Shown: positions 1 through 7,018, numbered from the stretch's first letter. The stretch: 20,000 nucleotides of DNA from an uncultured virus (IMG/VR IMGVR_UViG_3300035162_000505) (IMGVR_UViG_3300035162_000505), one strand, 5' to 3'. Program-made: numbers and translations. Notes: a model not told the origin generated them from the letters alone.

Positions 1-216
1 AGTCACGTGTGGATACTTTTTGCGCCATGCGTCCTCTGGTTGCTGTAACCATGTCCATCCATAACGTTCTACTAAAAAGTCTATACATCTATCGACTTGA
101 GCATATGCCCATAGACCCATACGTGTAGTGCTTAAGTATGCTAGACATACTGCGCCAAGGATACTACCAGCAATGCTAGTATAGATCCATGTTGTATCTG
201 AGAATAAAGACTCCAT
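1..216 (-). CDS. Hypothetical membrane protein, truncated by the window edge (MESLFSDTTWIYTSIAGSILGAVCLAYLSTTRMGLWAYAQVDRCIDFLVERYGWTWLQQPEDAWRKKYPHVT...)
   Basis: Translated by hand. ATG at 216 overlaps the upstream TAA (TAATG coupling), the frame is open to position 1, and the N-terminal segment is hydrophobic. Confidence 0.7.
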   Translation of the reverse strand, partial: MESLFSDTTWIYTSIAGSILGAVCLAYLSTTRMGLWAYAQVDRCIDFLVERYGWTWLQQPEDAWRKKYPHVT

Positions 217-353
217 TATTTTTTAACACCATTTCCTTTTTCAGCCGCTTCAACTTTACGTTCTTTTATCACCTTCAATATAGCAGTCCTCACTTCTTGT
301 GGAGTCTGTATAGGTGGCACTGCGTAATAAATGGCCCTAGAAGAATCTATCAT
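216..353 (-). CDS. Small hypothetical protein, 45 aa (MIDSSRAIYYAVPPIQTPQEVRTAILKVIKERKVEAAEKGNGVKK)
   Basis: Translated by hand. ATGA overlap with the upstream ORF and TAATG overlap with the downstream ORF fill the gap exactly. Confidence 0.6.
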   Translation of the reverse strand: MIDSSRAIYYAVPPIQTPQEVRTAILKVIKERKVEAAEKGNGVKK

Positions 354-535
354 TGCTTTTCTATATCTGCTAAATCTACTGATAAACATACAACAGATGT
401 ATTAGTATCTGCGACTAAGACTTCTGCCCTCTGTCTATATTGCTCACACATTGTTCTGTTTTCAAAGGTGTCCAACTGATAATGCTCAACAGGCATTCCA
501 GCATTGATCTGTAACCAAACTAATATCCAAGCCAT
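350..535 (-). CDS. Small hypothetical protein with hydrophobic N-terminus and two Cys
   Basis: ORF track; AAGGA SD upstream. Confidence 0.7.
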   Translation of the reverse strand: MAWILVWLQINAGMPVEHYQLDTFENRTMCEQYRQRAEVLVADTNTSVVCLSVDLADIEKQ

Positions 536-547
536 ATAAAAATCCTT

Positions 548-772
548 TTAAACTCCGTTATCCGATATCGGTAACCAACTAGTACATTTCGCATAAGCAA
601 CCTCATGACCATTAGTTGTCTCAGGATATCTTTCAAAATATAGAACCCTTATATTAATAGATGCCCAACAGGTCTCTTCTGTTTTATACTTCGCTTTGCC
701 ATAGGCAACACTACAAGTTTCAAAGGATCTTTCAACATCCATTAAACACATCATTATAGCGGCTGTAAACAT
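548..772 (-). CDS. Small Cys-containing hypothetical protein
   Basis: ORF track; AGGAGA SD and a late promoter upstream. Confidence 0.75.
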   Translation of the reverse strand: MFTAAIMMCLMDVERSFETCSVAYGKAKYKTEETCWASINIRVLYFERYPETTNGHEVAYAKCTSWLPISDNGV

Positions 773-789
773 AACATTCTCCTAATTGT

Positions 790-797
790 TATTTATA
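790..797 (-). promoter_or_regulatory. T4-type late promoter TATAAATA
   Basis: Exact gp55 consensus in the intergenic gap upstream of the 548..772 ORF. Confidence 0.7.
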
Positions 798-801
798 TAT
801 T

Positions 802-1296
802 TTATCCATACACACAACCAACAATATGAACTCTAGAGTTCTTCGAAGCATTAACTGCCGTGTGACGTAAGGTTGTATTTGTTAGATATACTTTTCCAAT
901 TTCAAGTATATAATTTTTATTGTCTATCACCATGAAGCAATCATCATTTGTGATAAGTGGTATGTGTATGCGTTTAGTCATGTCTTGATGTAATGTTAAA
1001 CACGTTTTAGGATCACTCTGCATAATCCTAGTACGTAACATTCCATACTTTTCCATCAACCTATTTATGATAGGTAGTTCGAATAAAGAATATTTGAAGT
1101 AGGTCTCAGGGTATTGTAGTTTATCTACTCTACCAATAGAAGATCCCCACTCTTTCAATGGATCTAAGTCTGGCTTGTGTCCTTGGATACCCACCTGACC
1201 TATGTTAGCCCAGCCTTTATTCAACATCACTTTAACTGTATTGGCTTCTTCTAAAACTTTTAGGTGGTCAATCTCTTCTAATACTTCTATATGCAT
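802..1296 (-). CDS. Fe(II)/2OG-dependent oxygenase, Asp/Asn beta-hydroxylase-like
   Basis: HQD (HxD) motif, RIHIPLITN, distal H in RHTAVN, and R in RVHIV. Confidence 0.75.
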   Translation of the reverse strand: MHIEVLEEIDHLKVLEEANTVKVMLNKGWANIGQVGIQGHKPDLDPLKEWGSSIGRVDKLQYPETYFKYSLFELPIINRLMEKYGMLRTRIMQSDPKTCLTLHQDMTKRIHIPLITNDDCFMVIDNKNYILEIGKVYLTNTTLRHTAVNASKNSRVHIVGCVYG

Positions 1297-1309
1297 AATA
1301 TTCCCTAAA

Positions 1310-1364
1310 GTAGATGGGGGCTAACCATGGCCCCCTACGCACCTATTTAGCGGTGAACCTATCC
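1310..1364 (-). other. GC-rich structured intergenic element (two hairpins, possible loop-loop pairing); candidate cis-regulatory RNA or atypical terminator
   Basis: CACC/GGTG and GGGGGC/GCCCCC stems; GCTAA and TTAGC are complementary. Confidence 0.4.
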
Positions 1365-1379
1365 AAAATATATTTTAGA

Positions 1380-1751
1380 TTAGAATGCGAATGACATACC
1401 GATAGTTGTGTCACCGAAATCTAGATCTCCATCAGAAGATATCTTACCAAAAAGAGACATACCATCAAAACCTAATGGGTAAGTTCCTTTTACGTCTACA
1501 CCTTGGAACACATCTACAGTTGAACCACCATCAAAACCTAATAGGTCGAAGTTGGATGTTACTGATGTGCCGATTCCCCAAACGCTTGTGCTCACTTTTG
1601 GCATTACTTTTAATGCCCAGATGCCTGAGTCAACGTTCATTGAAGTTTCAACTTCTCCACCAAAGTCTAGTCCCATGCTGGAAGAACCTTCGGCTGAAGC
1701 TTGGTTTGCAACTAGAAGTGCTGTTGCTGTTGCGATTACTGCGAGTTTCAT
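1380..1751 (-). CDS. Secreted small outer-membrane beta-strand (porin-like) protein
   Basis: Sec signal peptide (MKLAVIA...ASA|E), amphipathic beta strands, and a C-terminal GMSFAF beta-signal ending in Phe. Confidence 0.65.
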   Translation of the reverse strand: MKLAVIATATALLVANQASAEGSSSMGLDFGGEVETSMNVDSGIWALKVMPKVSTSVWGIGTSVTSNFDLLGFDGGSTVDVFQGVDVKGTYPLGFDGMSLFGKISSDGDLDFGDTTIGMSFAF

Positions 1752-1779
1752 TTATTTTCCTAATATGAAGTTTAAGTTA

Positions 1780-1949
1780 GTGTCACTTTTCTGTTGCTAG
1801 GTAAGTGACCAACCCCCTTTGTTAGGCCGCTATTGCGGTGTAACCAGATGGTGCAAAGTTATTGTTTGCGTTTAGTAGTTTGACTTATAACGAGGTCAAT
1901 CGGTAAACTCCACTTTCATCTTCACACCTGTCGATCCTATTTCATCCCC
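1780..1949 (-). ncRNA. ssrA: tmRNA coding piece of a permuted two-piece tmRNA; tag ANNNFAPSGYTAIAA* at 1869..1822
   Basis: Starts GGGGATGAAATAGGATCGAC (tmRNA 5' acceptor strand and D-loop-like region). Resume context TAAAC-GCA, alpha-type tag ending in AA, and a 3' GTCACTT/AAGTGAC hairpin enclosing CCTAGCAACAGAA. The 3' end is approximate. Confidence 0.92.
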
Positions 1950-2084
1950 ATCATAATGACACTTTTTTCCACAGTGAGTACAGTATAATTTTGTTGGCTT
2001 CCAGTCTTCCATAGTCGCAACTGACCACCACCCCTTACAATCAGTGCAAACTAAATGCCATATTATCTCTCTGTTTCGTTCCAT
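1896..2084 (-). CDS. 62-aa zinc-ribbon protein (CTDC...CTHC) starting in the tmRNA intervening segment
   Basis: AAGGA SD right after the tmRNA CCA, ATG at 2084, and two CxxC pairs. The last 18 codons (stop included) overlap the tmRNA coding piece. Confidence 0.65.
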   Translation of the reverse strand: MERNREIIWHLVCTDCKGWWSVATMEDWKPTKLYCTHCGKKCHYDGDEIGSTGVKMKVEFTD

Positions 2085-2095
2085 AAATGTCCTTA

Positions 2096-2157
2096 TGGTG
2101 GAGATGTCGGGTACCGCCCCCGAGTCCAGTATGTGTCCACGTTGCTTCAACGTTTAC
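2096..2157 (-). ncRNA. ssrA: tmRNA acceptor piece of the permuted gene, CCA encoded
   Basis: T-arm TCGGG-GGCGGTA-CCCGA (alphaproteobacterial-type T-loop), then CATCTCC-A-CCA, which pairs with GGGGATG at 1949 and gives the G3:U alanine determinant. GTAAAC and CACATACTG can pair with GTTTAC and CAGGTGTG in the coding piece. Confidence 0.92.
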
Positions 2158-2164
2158 AGATATA

Positions 2165-2193
2165 CTTATATCACAAAAGGGGAGTCTTGTCCA
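2165..2193 (-). promoter_or_regulatory. Sigma70-type promoter for the tmRNA (TGGACA-17-TATAAG, extended TG)
   Basis: The spacing places the TSS at about 2158, matching the inferred 5' end of the acceptor piece. Confidence 0.65.
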
Positions 2194-2202
2194 CCCCCCT
2201 TT
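2175..2202 (-). terminator. Intrinsic terminator after the Na/Pi transporter gene, overlapping the tmRNA -35
   Basis: AAAGGGGGGT/ACTCCCCTTT stem with a T-rich tail. Confidence 0.6.
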
Positions 2203-2235
2203 CGCTAAATTTTATATTGTGGTAAATATATCACT

Positions 2236-2718
2236 CTAGAACTTTCCAAGATACCTTGCAATATTTCCAACAAATGGTAGCAGGGCTACAGCCATTAATA
2301 GGTTCATACCCGTATGTGCTACAGCAATTCTTAAAGTATCACCTTTTGGCATACCATCAGATACTAATATTCCAGCCAACCAAATAGTTCCAGTTGTCCC
2401 AATGTTAGCACCAAGCACTGCCGCAATAGCCGCTGGTAATGGTACGGCTCCTGATGCAACTAATGCTATAATAGCAGTTGTTGATAATGAAGAAGACTGC
2501 CATAGCAGAGTCATCACTATACCGCCAACAAACATATAATATACGTTGCTGGTAAAATATGACAAGTGGTCCATGTTACCCATAGATTTCATGCCACCTG
2601 AGAATGTTTTCAAGCCAATGTAGAATATAACCAATCCTACAAGTGCTGTAATAACAGGGTTACCCATATCCATTTTTTTTACTTTCTTTGTTAGTTTCTG
2701 AATAGTAGTTTTTGCCAC
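2236..2718 (-). CDS. Na+/phosphate cotransporter family protein (single-repeat NptA/YjbB-like)
   Basis: WQSSSLST and LGANIGTT signatures, multiple TM helices, AGGAGA SD. Confidence 0.85.
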   Translation of the reverse strand: MAKTTIQKLTKKVKKMDMGNPVITALVGLVIFYIGLKTFSGGMKSMGNMDHLSYFTSNVYYMFVGGIVMTLLWQSSSLSTTAIIALVASGAVPLPAAIAAVLGANIGTTGTIWLAGILVSDGMPKGDTLRIAVAHTGMNLLMAVALLPFVGNIARYLGKF

Positions 2719-2739
2719 GACTCATTTCTCCTAAAATGA

Positions 2740-3609
2740 TTAATAACTTTGGGCTAGACGCCACATTAAATATTCTTTACTCTCTATTGGTTCGTATTTA
2801 TCCTTTGCTTCTATTAGGTTGCTTACTATAGTTCCGGGGGTTGGATCTACAAAGTGTGGCATAGAATATCTGTTTAGATGCATATGACTATTCACCACTC
2901 TATGCTTTGTGCTTTTAAAATAATCGTTGGTCCAACGTTGTAGTAAATCACCTATATTAACAACAACACCATTGTCAGCATAAGGGACTGGATGCCAAGC
3001 ACCACCAAGATCTTGAACTTGTAACCCCGGAACGTCATTAATCTGCCAAAGAAGCGTGATAGTTCCATAGTCGCTATGCTCTCCGATTCTTAATTGTCGC
3101 TCTTCAAATTCCTCTTCTAATTCAAAAACTGATGGATAATGAATAACTCTGGTAGTGTTGTATGGTTTTATATGTGCATCGACAAGAGTATTGCCAGTGC
3201 CAAGTATATCGTCAAACTTTCTTAAAATACGTAATGTCAATTTATCAGCAATGTCTATACTCTGAAGAGCACTTGCTTTAAAGTTTGGAAGATCTTTAGG
3301 CCAAAGGTGATCACCCATCCTAGTATTATTATAGTTAAAGCTTTCTTTTAAATCTTTAGGTGCAGTAGGATCTACATTCTCATCACCCACGACACTATAC
3401 CCCAAGTTGGTATCACCTTCATAGGGGTATTTCATTTTTGTCTCTAGGTCCAAGTCAAAGAATAGTTTCATTTCATCAAACCAGCAACTCATGTCACTCT
3501 GTTCGTTTGAACTCAAACAATTCGTAAAGACCGCAAAGCCCACTGTTGTGTAGGCTCTGCGTATCTGACCGAATGCGTCTCTTGCTTTCAAGTCTATTAC
3601 TGGTATCAT
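2740..3609 (-). CDS. Isopenicillin-N-synthase-family 2OG-Fe(II) dioxygenase
   Basis: IPVIDL N-terminus, HSDYGTITLL, VVNIGDLLQRWTND..KSTKHRV, RYS. Confidence 0.9.
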   Translation of the reverse strand: MIPVIDLKARDAFGQIRRAYTTVGFAVFTNCLSSNEQSDMSCWFDEMKLFFDLDLETKMKYPYEGDTNLGYSVVGDENVDPTAPKDLKESFNYNNTRMGDHLWPKDLPNFKASALQSIDIADKLTLRILRKFDDILGTGNTLVDAHIKPYNTTRVIHYPSVFELEEEFEERQLRIGEHSDYGTITLLWQINDVPGLQVQDLGGAWHPVPYADNGVVVNIGDLLQRWTNDYFKSTKHRVVNSHMHLNRYSMPHFVDPTPGTIVSNLIEAKDKYEPIESKEYLMWRLAQSY

Positions 3610-4676
3610 GACGGTGGTGTAGCCGTAATGCCTTCGACATAGAAGTCCATTGTGTCAAGTTGCATACGTGTTGCGACTTCACCAACTTCTAAGAATACTG
3701 AACCATCTTGCTTATTGATTGGTCCCGTAAATCCATGTAACGTTCCAGCCGAAATAGCATCCTTTACTATCTGTGCTTCTAATGCTACATTTGCTGGCAT
3801 ATTAGTAAACGGTGCCATTTGAACAGCACCCGTATTCATGTGACCAAAGTAATCACCTGTCTTCCATGTGCCATCTAATACTTGACCAACTTTGTCAATA
3901 TAGTATGGACCCCAATTATCAATAGTAGCAGTCAACTGTGCTTTAGGAGCAAACTTAAGTTGATCTGATGCCTGACCAAAACCAACCTTACCAGCCTTTT
4001 CAGCGGCAATCAGTGGTGCTGGTGAGTCTGTATGCTGTGCTACAACATCACAACCTTGTTCCATCATAGATTTAGCGGCATCACCTTCTTTGGCTGGATC
4101 ATACCAAGTATAAACCCACACGATACTTAACTCTACATCAGGGTTCATCTTCTTTGCGCCCAAGTAATATGTGTTAATTTCACGCATAACTTCTGGGATT
4201 GGGAAAGAAGCAACGTAACAAATCTTATTTGTTTTTGTCATCAACCCAGCAATGATACCTTGAACGTGGCGTGATTGATATAACTTCAATCCATAGTTCG
4301 CCGCATTCTCAGACTGCTTGTATCCAGTAGCGTGTTCAAACTTTACGTTAGGAAACTTTTTAGCCACTGATAGAACTGAGTCCATGTAGCCAAAAGAGGT
4401 TGCAAAGATAATGTCTGCACCTTTAAGAGCCATAGCAGTCATTACACGTTCTGAGTCTGGACCTTCTGGTACGCTCTCAACAAAGACTGTTTCAACTCTG
4501 TCTCCATAAGCTTCTTCAACTTGCTGGCGTCCAATGTCGTGACGGTATGTCCAGCCATGATCTCCTGTGGGTCCAACGTATATAAAGCCAACTTTAACTT
4601 TATCCTTTGCTACTGATGAAGTAGTAAGACCTACCATCAGTAATAGTGCAGTTAGCACTGTTGTAAATAGTTTCAA
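3606..4676 (-). CDS. BMP-family ABC transporter substrate-binding protein (purine/nucleoside type)
   Basis: Signal peptide; KVGFIYVGPTGDHGWTYRH, IFATSFGYMD, FPIPEV, WYDPAKE, QHTDS motifs. Confidence 0.9.
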   Translation of the reverse strand: MKLFTTVLTALLLMVGLTTSSVAKDKVKVGFIYVGPTGDHGWTYRHDIGRQQVEEAYGDRVETVFVESVPEGPDSERVMTAMALKGADIIFATSFGYMDSVLSVAKKFPNVKFEHATGYKQSENAANYGLKLYQSRHVQGIIAGLMTKTNKICYVASFPIPEVMREINTYYLGAKKMNPDVELSIVWVYTWYDPAKEGDAAKSMMEQGCDVVAQHTDSPAPLIAAEKAGKVGFGQASDQLKFAPKAQLTATIDNWGPYYIDKVGQVLDGTWKTGDYFGHMNTGAVQMAPFTNMPANVALEAQIVKDAISAGTLHGFTGPINKQDGSVFLEVGEVATRMQLDTMDFYVEGITATPPS

Positions 4677-4918
4677 TTTGTATTCCTTTTCGAGGGTGTT
4701 AAGGCAGGGTCGACTCTGCCGTTTGAGGTTTCTTTTTTGGCGTAGGCTTCCTTGAAGCCTTCTTCATGGACATAGTTTTCAATATTGCCCCATGCTCTTC
4801 TTAAATAACTATCGTGTGATGATAGTATTTGTTCTTCTGTAGTATCTAGGTGACCTTTGGTTATCCAATATAACCAGTGTGCTCTACGGTGGTTTTCCGC
4901 ATCCCATTCTACACTCAT
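4673..4918 (-). CDS. Hypothetical protein
   Basis: ORF track; overlaps at both ends suggest coupling. Confidence 0.65.
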   Translation of the reverse strand: MSVEWDAENHRRAHWLYWITKGHLDTTEEQILSSHDSYLRRAWGNIENYVHEEGFKEAYAKKETSNGRVDPALTPSKRNTN

Positions 4919-5049
4919 TTTGTTTTTCTTCTTATTTTTTTAAAAGTATTCTGAATACTATATATCACAGATTTTTGAGAGGTTATAATTATTACCATAC
5001 CATCATCTCCATAAAGAATATATTTTCTATTCTCTTTTAAGAGTTTCAC
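4915..5049 (-). CDS. Small hypothetical protein, 44 aa (MKLLKENRKYILYGDDGMVIIITSQKSVIYSIQNTFKKIRRKTK)
   Basis: Translated by hand. GTGA and ATGA overlaps with both neighbours fill the gap exactly. Confidence 0.6.
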   Translation of the reverse strand: MKLLKENRKYILYGDDGMVIIITSQKSVIYSIQNTFKKIRRKTK

Positions 5050-5228
5050 TTCCTAACTTCTTTTCTCGAAGTTCTTTTACCATAACCTAATCTCTTCATT
5101 ACTTTCTGTCTTTCATAATAAGACATTTTAGACCATTTAGAAATTTCTTTTCCTGTTCTTCCACACCCTATACAAACCTCAGAAAAAGGATCTATTCTAC
5201 ATATCTGTACGCATGGTGTTATATACAT
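5046..5228 (-). CDS. DUF1289-family small Cys-rich protein
   Basis: PCVQICRID...CIGCGRT..EI..W signature. Confidence 0.8.
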   Translation of the reverse strand: MYITPCVQICRIDPFSEVCIGCGRTGKEISKWSKMSYYERQKVMKRLGYGKRTSRKEVRK

Positions 5229-5434
5229 TAGAAGGGTGGTTGTTCATAATCAAATGTTGGTTTCCACGAATTAGACACACCAGTGCGTAATGCACGTGCG
5301 TATTCTGTTTCTTCTATGGGCCAAACAATATCTGGTTTTGCTGGCATATGTTCTATTGGCATAACACCATTCTTTAACATCCAACACTCTAGTTCAATCG
5401 GTATCTCTTTTATCATCATCGTCCCAAACTCCAT
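5228..5434 (-). CDS. Hypothetical protein (start may be a downstream Met)
   Basis: ORF track; TAATG coupling to the next gene. Confidence 0.55.
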   Translation of the reverse strand: MEFGTMMIKEIPIELECWMLKNGVMPIEHMPAKPDIVWPIEETEYARALRTGVSNSWKPTFDYEQPPF

Positions 5435-5918
5435 CCCATGTATAAAATAGATGATTTCCTATAACTTTCGATAAGGTCATTTCTTTTGCCCAATAAGGAT
5501 TCTTAATCCAGTTGGCATGATAGAATACTGCACCTTTTGTAGGGTCTACTACATTACCTATCAACACGTCTCTTGCTATAACTTGTGCTCTTTTCCAAGC
5601 CTTTGTTTCTTTGGGGGATTGATTTTTTATGAGGTGCGTCCAACTAAACTGTTTTGGCTGATAAACTACTTCGCATATAGTAGAAGGCCACTGAGTATGT
5701 TTCACTCGATTTATTGTGGTAAAGGCTACTGCGATTTGACCTTCCGCTCTCTCGCCACGACTCTCATGATAAATATTCATGGATAGACATTCATGGTCTT
5801 TTGAAACTAACTCAGGTGGAGCCATCATAGCCGCACCAACTAACGCCATACCTACTATACCCATTGTTATACCACCACTCGCTATATGTATTCCATTTTT
5901 TTTGATAAATTTATACAC
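5394..5918 (-). CDS. SleB-like cell wall hydrolase (Hydrolase_2) with N-terminal membrane anchor
   Basis: CLSMNIYHESRGE, NRV, ICEVVYQPKQFSW, GAVFYHA, IGNHLFY. Confidence 0.9.
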   Translation of the reverse strand: MYKFIKKNGIHIASGGITMGIVGMALVGAAMMAPPELVSKDHECLSMNIYHESRGERAEGQIAVAFTTINRVKHTQWPSTICEVVYQPKQFSWTHLIKNQSPKETKAWKRAQVIARDVLIGNVVDPTKGAVFYHANWIKNPYWAKEMTLSKVIGNHLFYTWDGVWDDDDKRDTD

Positions 5919-5973
5919 GAATCATTCCTTAATGTTCTATACAAATATACCCCACATTTATCATGATGTCAAG
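5918..5973 (-). promoter_or_regulatory. Early sigma70 promoter and leader, degenerate copy of the repeat (TTGACA-17-TATATT ... AAGGAATGATTC-GTG)
   Basis: -35 at 5967-5972, -10 at 5944-5949, GATAAA in the spacer, TGATTCG at the start codon. Confidence 0.7.
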
Positions 5974-5984
5974 AGCCTTTTTTT

Positions 5985-5992
5985 TATAAATA
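5985..5992 (+). promoter_or_regulatory. T4-type late promoter TATAAATA
   Basis: Exact consensus 25 nt upstream of the plus-strand ORF at 6018. Confidence 0.75.
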
Positions 5993-6017
5993 CTTGTAAA
6001 TATATAGGGTTATTGAG

Positions 6018-6449
6018 ATGTCTGATGATGATAATAAAAATTCGTTTGGAGTAGAAATGTCAACTAAAGAATCTAAAAATAAAGGGGGAAGCCTCACGCT
6101 TCAACCAGAAAGTATTTTCGCTCATTTAGATGCAGATGGTGATGGGATTATCACTGATGAAGAAATGGCACGTGCCAAAGAAATAGCAGAGTTTGAACAC
6201 ACTAAGAAACGTCATGAAAATGAAGATGCTAAAGAGGATCAGATCAGAGCCATGGCATGGTTTGCGCTCTGGGGAATGCTTCTATACCCCGGACTAATAA
6301 TGATCACATCTCTTTTAAAGATGGAAGGTGCCGCAAAAATAATAGGAGACATTGCTCCTACCTACTTTGTCGCTATTGCTGGTTTGGTGGCGGCGTTCTT
6401 TGGAGCACAAGCTTACTCTAAAGGTAAAAATGATACTCCAAAAAAATAA
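6018..6449 (+). CDS. Late membrane protein with an EF-hand-like loop and 2 TM helices (holin-like topology)
   Basis: DADGDGIITDEE EF-hand motif, two hydrophobic C-terminal segments, basic tail, late promoter. Confidence 0.7.
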   Translation: MSDDDNKNSFGVEMSTKESKNKGGSLTLQPESIFAHLDADGDGIITDEEMARAKEIAEFEHTKKRHENEDAKEDQIRAMAWFALWGMLLYPGLIMITSLLKMEGAAKIIGDIAPTYFVAIAGLVAAFFGAQAYSKGKNDTPKK

Positions 6450-6665
6450 CTAGGTTCCTAAGATCCTACGAATAGCAATAGGATCATCTGAATATAGATT
6501 GCCACCATTGTTGATATGCTCAACGATTTGTTCAAAGTAAAACTGTGCGTCACTATCTTCATCAACAACACTTGCGGCTGTGCGGAAGAAGTTGCGTAGT
6601 TTCATATCTGTGTTGCCATCGGGCATAGCCGCTGGTTTCCACTTACCTGATCTTTGATTGCTCAT
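6450..6665 (-). CDS. Hypothetical protein (start MSNQRS)
   Basis: ORF track; GAGG SD and ATGA overlap at 6665. Confidence 0.65.
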   Translation of the reverse strand: MSNQRSGKWKPAAMPDGNTDMKLRNFFRTAASVVDEDSDAQFYFEQIVEHINNGGNLYSDDPIAIRRILGT

Positions 6666-6757
6666 TGCATCAACCTCAACCATTCATTTATTTCTTTTGC
6701 TCTCTTTATCCGCAAGTTATATAATGCTTCAGCCATTCCTACACTCCTACTTCTCAT
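6662..6757 (-). CDS. Possible 31-aa peptide (MRSRSVGMAEALYNLRIKRAKEINEWLRLMQ)
   Basis: Fills the gap exactly between coupled ORFs; an internal AGGAG SD precedes the second Met. Confidence 0.4.
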   Translation of the reverse strand: MRSRSVGMAEALYNLRIKRAKEINEWLRLMQ

Positions 6758-6961
6758 TTACTGCAACCTAACTCTAACAACAGTATTAGTACTATTGTCT
6801 GTCAAAGTATCAACTGTTCTATTAACATTCCTAGCCAAAGACCAGCACTCCCACCAAGACTCTGCTTCAGCCCAAGTATCAACAGTCATACCATTAGTGT
6901 GCAGTTCTGTTGTACTTTCCCAAGTATACTCACTTTGTGTTGAATTTAATGTCCATGACAT
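6758..6961 (-). CDS. Early hypothetical protein (MSWTLN...)
   Basis: AAGGAG-TGATTCGT-ATG leader of promoter repeat copy A. Confidence 0.7.
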   Translation of the reverse strand: MSWTLNSTQSEYTWESTTELHTNGMTVDTWAEAESWWECWSLARNVNRTVDTLTDNSTNTVVRVRLQ

Positions 6962-7016
6962 ACGAATCACTCCTTGTTATTCTTATAGATTAGCACAAGT
7001 TTATCTTCATGTCAAG
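6962..7016 (-). promoter_or_regulatory. 55-bp early promoter/leader repeat, copy A (TTGACA-17-TAATCT ... AAGGAGTGATTCGT)
   Basis: 52/55 identical to 8431..8485 and 46/55 identical to 9834..9888 by manual alignment. Confidence 0.85.
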
Positions 7017-7018
7017 AG

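Noticed and set aside
1310..1364. Match to pistol ribozyme, SAM-II or purine riboswitch
   Set aside because: Only short resemblances (CGCUAAAUAG, three-way junction); the conserved cores of those families are not evident.
2096..2130. Apparent tRNA 3' half or attachment site
   Set aside because: It has no anticodon arm and pairs with GGGGATG at 1949, so it is the tmRNA acceptor piece.
2085..2150. N-terminal extension of the 84-aa ORF 1896..2150
   Set aside because: It has a TTG start without an SD and merely translates the tmRNA acceptor piece; the ATG at 2084 has an SD.
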